Shown in pieces: positions 39,927 to 64,000 of a stretch of 64,000 nt of DNA. How positions within the stretch are numbered: position 1 is the stretch's first letter; each line of letters starts with the position of its first letter. This DNA is from Paragordius varius (lineage: Eukaryota > Animalia > Nematomorpha). The stretch spans positions 7,378,001 to 7,442,000 of the forward strand of contig OZ176056.1 of NCBI GenBank assembly GCA_964247055.1, written 5' to 3'. The translations under genes were made by a program, and so were the position numbers. Below the pieces are notes generated by a model, which saw only the letters and a program-made list of their open reading frames with translations, did no database searches and was not told the origin of the DNA.

Positions 39927-40832
39927 CTTTTAATCATTGATAACACATTAATAAGGATATCATTTTTCAGGAAAACACATTATTGAGTGACAATTCTTTA
40001 ATTATATGCAATACACAACGATTATTGACTTAATCTAAGCTATACGTTATTAACTGGATGAGTTTATGGTTAAAAAAATATTTTTAGAAAATTTTTTATA
40101 ATTATATTTTAACAATTGAGATTGATGGTTCGCACTATATTTGGGCCTAACCCATAAATATCTATAGTTTCGGGTGAAATTATAACATATAAAAAATATA
40201 CTGCATCTTAATTGTTCATTTAACACTTCAAATTGATCCTTAAGCATTTGAAACTTGCGGCGTACCATAATTTTTATCTTTTAATAAAATATCATTATTT
40301 ATTAAATATTTTAGATTCAAAATTAAAATATTTCAAAAAAAATTTTTTGGTATTTTTTTTAACAATATTTCAAACAAGGGCAACCTTTAACGCTTTACAA
40401 TTTGAAGTGTTAAGAAACCAACTTGAGATTTAAATAATATATTTTTTATATTTTATAATGCCAAACTAGAGATACCAAAGCCCCGAATATTGGTACAATT
40501 GTTAAATTTATAAAAAATTTCTTAAAAATATTTTTTTATATAAAATCTCAAAAAACCATAAAAGAATCATTCAAATAATAAATATACAGCCTTTAAAGAT
40601 TAAATCATTAAAAAGTTTGTATTGGCATATTATAAAAAAATTCTCATTCAATAATGAATTTTTTTTAAAAAAAATATATCCTTATTAATTTGCTCTTAAT
40701 GATTGACTGTTATTTTTATATCATGTTTTATATCATCAATAAAACCGTTTTTATTGATTGTGAAAATGTTTCGATTGACTGGGAAATCGTTTCGATTGAC
40801 CAGGAAAACGATTGATTAGGAAATCTTTCAAG
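39799..40832. mobile_element. Non-autonomous DNA transposon with repeated subterminal motifs
   Basis: Left end cagtcaatcgaaacatcttcccaaatcgaaacgttttcccag mirrors right end gaaaatgtttcgattgactgggaaatcgtttcgattgaccaggaaaacg. No transposase ORF inside. Confidence 0.55.
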
Positions 40833-41120
40833 GGAAACGGTAAATATTTTTACTTTTATAAACATTGGATGAGTTTTTTACCATATATGGATGTCATCAA
40901 TAATTGATTAAGGATATTTTTTTATTCTGTTCCATTAAACTATATGTGCGATCATCTAAAATAGTTAGAGATAATTTAAAAAATATATCATCATTGCGTA
41001 AAATTATTAAATATTATCATTAAAATAATGATTGATCAAAGGCAAATAACTTCCACTCAGTCATTTTTGTCAGGTACGATATAATTTAATTTTCATTTAA
41101 ATTATTGGCTAAGTAGCAAA

Positions 41121-42743
41121 CAGTGGCGTACCGAACATTTGCGGCACCCGGGGCATAAGACTTTTATGCCCCCCGCCCCCACCCCTCCTTAATTCCGAGT
41201 GTCTGATTATTTAAAAATGGATCAAGGTCCATAAATGATTCATTAAAATTAATTTTAGGACCTTGCAATCTATGTTGAACCCTATCGATTCTTCATATTT
41301 GATGCCAGAAAAAGACTAATTTTAAAAAATGAAATTTAAAACACTCTAAAGTAAAACAGATGCCTCACTTTTTGCTAGTATTTGAAGTAATATTACAATC
41401 TTCTATTAGCTCTATCTAAAATCATCTATTCCCTCAACAATTATGCTTGAATTCTAGCACTCCATCGGGTTTCAGACAAACGCTTAACAATTCTTTTAGT
41501 TTATTTTTTAATAGGTCCTTAATAGTAGAACGTGAAAAAAAGATAAATATTTTCAATCATTCCGAAACAAATCACAACAATAATATCTTGTTTTGCTACC
41601 GTGTCTCCTACTAAACTCAAGCAATAATGGTCACAGTGGACAAATATTGCTCTTTTATTTTTTTAGTTCTTTGTTGAACGTCTGAAATGTAACCCGACAT
41701 CACAGCTGCATTATCTTAGCATTGAGATCTACAATTTGATAACTAAATATGATATATAATATGATTTTATAAAATTCCCTTTTCAAATTGACATCTTTGT
41801 TGAATAACTGATAAACCCAAAAAGGATTCTTTTATGACAAATTTCATTTTCTCATAATCAACAAACACATACCTGACAACTTGGGAAATTAGTTCTCGGT
41901 GGGCTATATCTGGCGTTAAATCAAATATAATTTCATAATATTTACTTTTTTATGTCATCAATCAATTTAGCTTTAAATAAAAGATGTATAAACTTGTTTT
42001 GCATTTTGGATGAAACATAGGATAAATTAGGAAATTCAATATTTCTCATGTGTTCTCCCATTATTGGGACAAAAGCTACAAGTTTTAGTAAAAATAAGAT
42101 GTTTCCAGGATTTGGTTCTGAGTCATCCACATAAATTAAACTTTCAATATGTCCTTGAAAAGGGAGATTTTAGGTGATTTAAAATTCATTCAAGCCAATA
42201 TTCGGGGTAAAACATTTCGCCATCGTACCTTTTCCGATTGTATGTGAGCATCTAGAGCAGAAATTTCTGTTTTATTTATCAATCTTCTTTCTGCCTCTTT
42301 CTAAGTATCAAATGCTTTCCGATGATTGAGGCTATTTAATGATAAAATTTCAAAATCATTCGCATTTTATTTGTTTTATTCTCTTCCTGGATTTGCTTCC
42401 TATTAGCGTAACCGCTGAGTTTAGGCATTAATATGTGATAAAATGAAGTAATCATAAAAAATATATGTCCGTGATAAAGAAACGTTTTTTAAGTGAATAA
42501 TAAGTTTGCACATGGTAGAAGGAACACCTACAAGAAAGTTGTTTTTTGCATAATGTTTGCTCTTGATCTCATTTATATAGTTTTTATATTATTTTAGGAT
42601 TACGTAAATTGCTAAAAAATCTTACTTGAAAGTTGGTATTATTTTTGCAAAATTTAAATTTAATTTAAAAATCATTTAGGCGCCCCTAAATAACAGCGCC
42701 CGGGGCATGATGCACCCCCTTGGCCCCCTTCAGTACGCCACTG
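41121..42743 (-). mobile_element. Decayed hAT transposon (ZMYM1/DUF4371-like transposase remnant)
   Basis: TIRs CAGTGGCGTAC / GTACGCCACTG. Minus-strand fragments PNPGNILFLLKLVA...YVSSKMQNKFIHLL and IIFDLTPDIAHRELISQVVRYV...IKESFLG, broken by stops and frameshifts. No matching TSD. Confidence 0.8.
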
Positions 42744-43245
42744 GCCCCTTTTTTCAGGACCAAGAAAACCTTTATAAAATTTTAAACTTATCAACGGTAA
42801 CGACATTTACTATGGTTCATATTTGTTTTGCCCCATGGATGCCTCGGGTAATATCTGATATGCTAATGCAAACTCCGTCCCTGGTATAATATAACTCTGA
42901 CGAGACCTCTTGCCAATCGTGAGACGGGGACAACGTTGATAACTGAGCCAGGCTGATCAATCCTCGACATTTTATTTGAGCCTATGCTCTAACAGCAACC
43001 TCTTAACTCGGAAAAGTGAGATTCGCTTAACAGGCTAGAGAGTGTCTGAAAAGACTTCAAATCTCGTAATCCGTTTACAGATTTAAGTGTACGAAGCCAT
43101 TAAAATACATACTGCAATATGGCACCCCGTTTTTGGTATTATGTTTTAAATTGATTAAAAGTAAAAATCAGAGAATAATAAAATTATTTATAAATATATG
43201 TATTTATATATACACACATATATATAGGTAAAAATAGAAGAATTA

Positions 43246-61686
<18,441 letters not shown>

Positions 61687-61804
61687 GTCCGTAAACGAAT
61701 GAATGAATAAAATAAAATGTGTGAAATAGGGGTTAGGCTTTGACACCTGCAAATTTTCAAAAAAAAACTTTTTAAGAAAACGTTCAAAAGGAATTTACTT
61801 ATTC
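61687..61804. promoter_or_regulatory. Putative bidirectional promoter between MCM2 and UPRT
   Basis: 118 bp between divergent ATGs. Contains TCATTC repeats on the minus strand near 61700. Confidence 0.55.
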
Positions 61805-63342
61805 ATGGCTGGAATAATTTATGAATCCTCAAACAGTGACAATTTTAATGAATACGAAAACATTAAAGTTTTAAAAACTAATAGTGCTTTGCGTGAGTTG
61901 CAAACTATTCTACGTGACAAGTTAGCTTATTTTGTAAAAAATTTAAGGAACACAACCCGAAGTGATTTTATATTTTATGCGGATCGATTGGTAAAATTTA
62001 TGGTTTTTATTTGATTTTTAGATTAGACTTGTAGTTGAGGAGGGACTTAATTATTTACCCTATTCATCCCTATCTGTCATAACACCGACAGGTAATAAGA
62101 ATATATTAACAAAATAATAATTTTTGAGTTTGTATTTTTGATAATATTAGATTAAAAATTCTAAAAATTTTGATTTATTAAATATCAATTTCTTTATACG
62201 AAAAATTAATTAAACTATAAATATGATAATTAGATTTTTTATGACTTAATTCGATAAAAAAATTCCTCTAACATAAATCAATTTTTAATATTCTTGATAT
62301 TTAGTAAAGCAAAAAATTATACAGGCAAATTGTAAAAATTAAAATATGAAATCTATTTTAATAACGATACCCTACATTTTTAAATCTAGATTTTAACATA
62401 AAACAATGTAATTTAATTTTAAAATAAATATGTTACCAATTTACATATTTATTTCTTAATTCCAATCCAGAATCATAAATTAAGGTCTTAAAAGCTTTTG
62501 TATATGTTAAAAATATTTGTCGTTTAATATTTACGTTTTGTCTTAAAATATTAGTTATTTATTGAAATTATCTAAAAACGTTCCCTAAAAAATTGTTTTA
62601 AGACAATCTATTTTTTCTACTTATAAGGAGTAACTTATCATGGCTTACAATATCAGAAGGGAACATGTGGTGTCAGTATCATGCGAAGTGGTAATATGCA
62701 TTTTTTATGTAAAATTTTAAAACAATAAAATCCTATTAAATTTTTATTAAAAGGGCAAAAAATTGCTTATTTTCTATATTTAACATGATAATGGAAATAT
62801 ATACACTAGCGTATGGCATAAAACAGTATTAGTCCATAAAAGATTAAAAAATGTTTTTATCTAAAAACAAGGGGATATTTTGGATATGTGTATATACAAC
62901 TAGGCTTGTTTTTATAAAAAAAACATTTTTTATTCTTTTATGGACCAATAATGTTTTATGCCATACGCTAGTGTAATATTTATTTTAGTCGCATAAAATC
63001 GACAAAGATCTCTTTGATAAAAACATTTTTATAAACTTTTTGGTTTGGTTCATTGAATAAAGCTTAAATACCTAAGATGCACTAAATTAGAACCATATTT
63101 AATTCATTTATAAAAAGTGAATTTGTATTGACATAAATTATATTTAGTTCGAATAGCAATTGATAGTAAACCAAAAATATATATTTCTTTTTTCAATGAT
63201 AAAAAAAGCATTTTTTTACAATTTTTATTAAATTCAGGAGAAGCGATGGAAAAGGGACTTAGAGATTGTTGTCAATCCATGAGAATTGGGAAAATTTTAA
63301 TCCAAAACAATACTAACCATAATATTTCTGAAGGAAATGAAA
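61805..63342 (+). CDS. UPRT: Uracil phosphoribosyltransferase (UPRT homolog), 5' part; continues past the window
   Basis: Exons 61805-61920, 61948-61990, 62022-62091, 62628-62690, 63238-63342, giving [39 protein letters not shown]...TPTG...[31 protein letters not shown]. Confidence 0.93.
62804..62973. mobile_element. TA-flanked MITE in a UPRT intron (diverged second copy at about 9440-9596)
   Basis: TIRs cactagcgtatggcataaaac / gttttatgccatacgctagtg with TA on both sides. Confidence 0.75.
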
Positions 63343-64000
63343 GTATATATATATATTTATATTTAATTTTAAATTTTTTTGTGAAATTGAAATTATATAG
63401 GCAAAACATAAATATTAAAAGGATTAATATTTTATCTTGAGCTATATTTAACAAAAAATTACATTATGGGAACAATTATATTATATAAACACAGCGTAAA
63501 ACAACAAAACTTTATATATAAAATTATAGCTACCCTGATATTATTTACAGTAAATATTGAAATTTCGAAAAAAAATTGATAACCAACATTCTTAAATTCA
63601 TATATATATGATTTGTTATAGACTCAATAATAATATATAATTTTTAATATTCATTTAGGTTAGGTTATATAGAGAAAAATACGTTTAAAACAGTAAACTG
63701 TTTTTTAAAAATTATTGATCTTTTTGTTTTGTTTACGAACTTATAATATTTTTTATCGAGTTTAATATTTTAAATTAATATACATACATGTATATTAACC
63801 GCAAATTTATTTTATTTTACCTTTTTTTATAAAAAATTTTTTTATTTATTAAAAATTAAACCATTATTTTGAAACCGCGGTTCTGATCTTAAATACAAAA
63901 AAAAATTGTGAAAAAAATCCTAAAATTGCTTTTAGAACATAGAGGTTTTTTGTTTAATTTTTTAATTTTAATACATAAATTTTTTTAAAATCTTAATTTT

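Overview
Very AT-rich, intron-containing eukaryotic DNA. The MCM2, B55 and UPRT sequences look animal-like but highly diverged; the species cannot be determined from the window. Six genes can be read: a short His/Tyr/Gly-rich ORF with a hydrophobic N-terminus (10395-10715 +), an intronless RENi-family (Rad60/Esc2/NIP45) SUMO-like-domain gene (13598-14428 -), a 14-exon PP2A B55/PR55 regulatory subunit (14566-32357 +), an intronless DSP-fold probable pseudophosphatase (37687-39069 +), a 23-exon MCM2 (43246-61686 -) and the 5' part of UPRT (from 61805 +). A further unidentified exon runs off the left edge. Introns and intergenic DNA are full of MITEs, two decayed hAT transposons and a 5'-truncated RTE-like LINE. 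The most unusual observations are: (1) two tandem arrays inside the B55 gene built from duplicated exon-intron junctions, about 20 copies of one 5' splice site and 4 copies of one 3' splice site, with every extra acceptor leading to the same premature stop; (2) large insertions in conserved cores of MCM2 and B55, several centred on intron positions; (3) 27-31 nt mini-introns alongside kb-sized, MITE-inflated introns; (4) two head-to-head gene pairs with only 118-137 bp between start codons. Exon models were built by hand from GT-AG sites, frame continuity and remembered human orthologue sequences; no database search was run.
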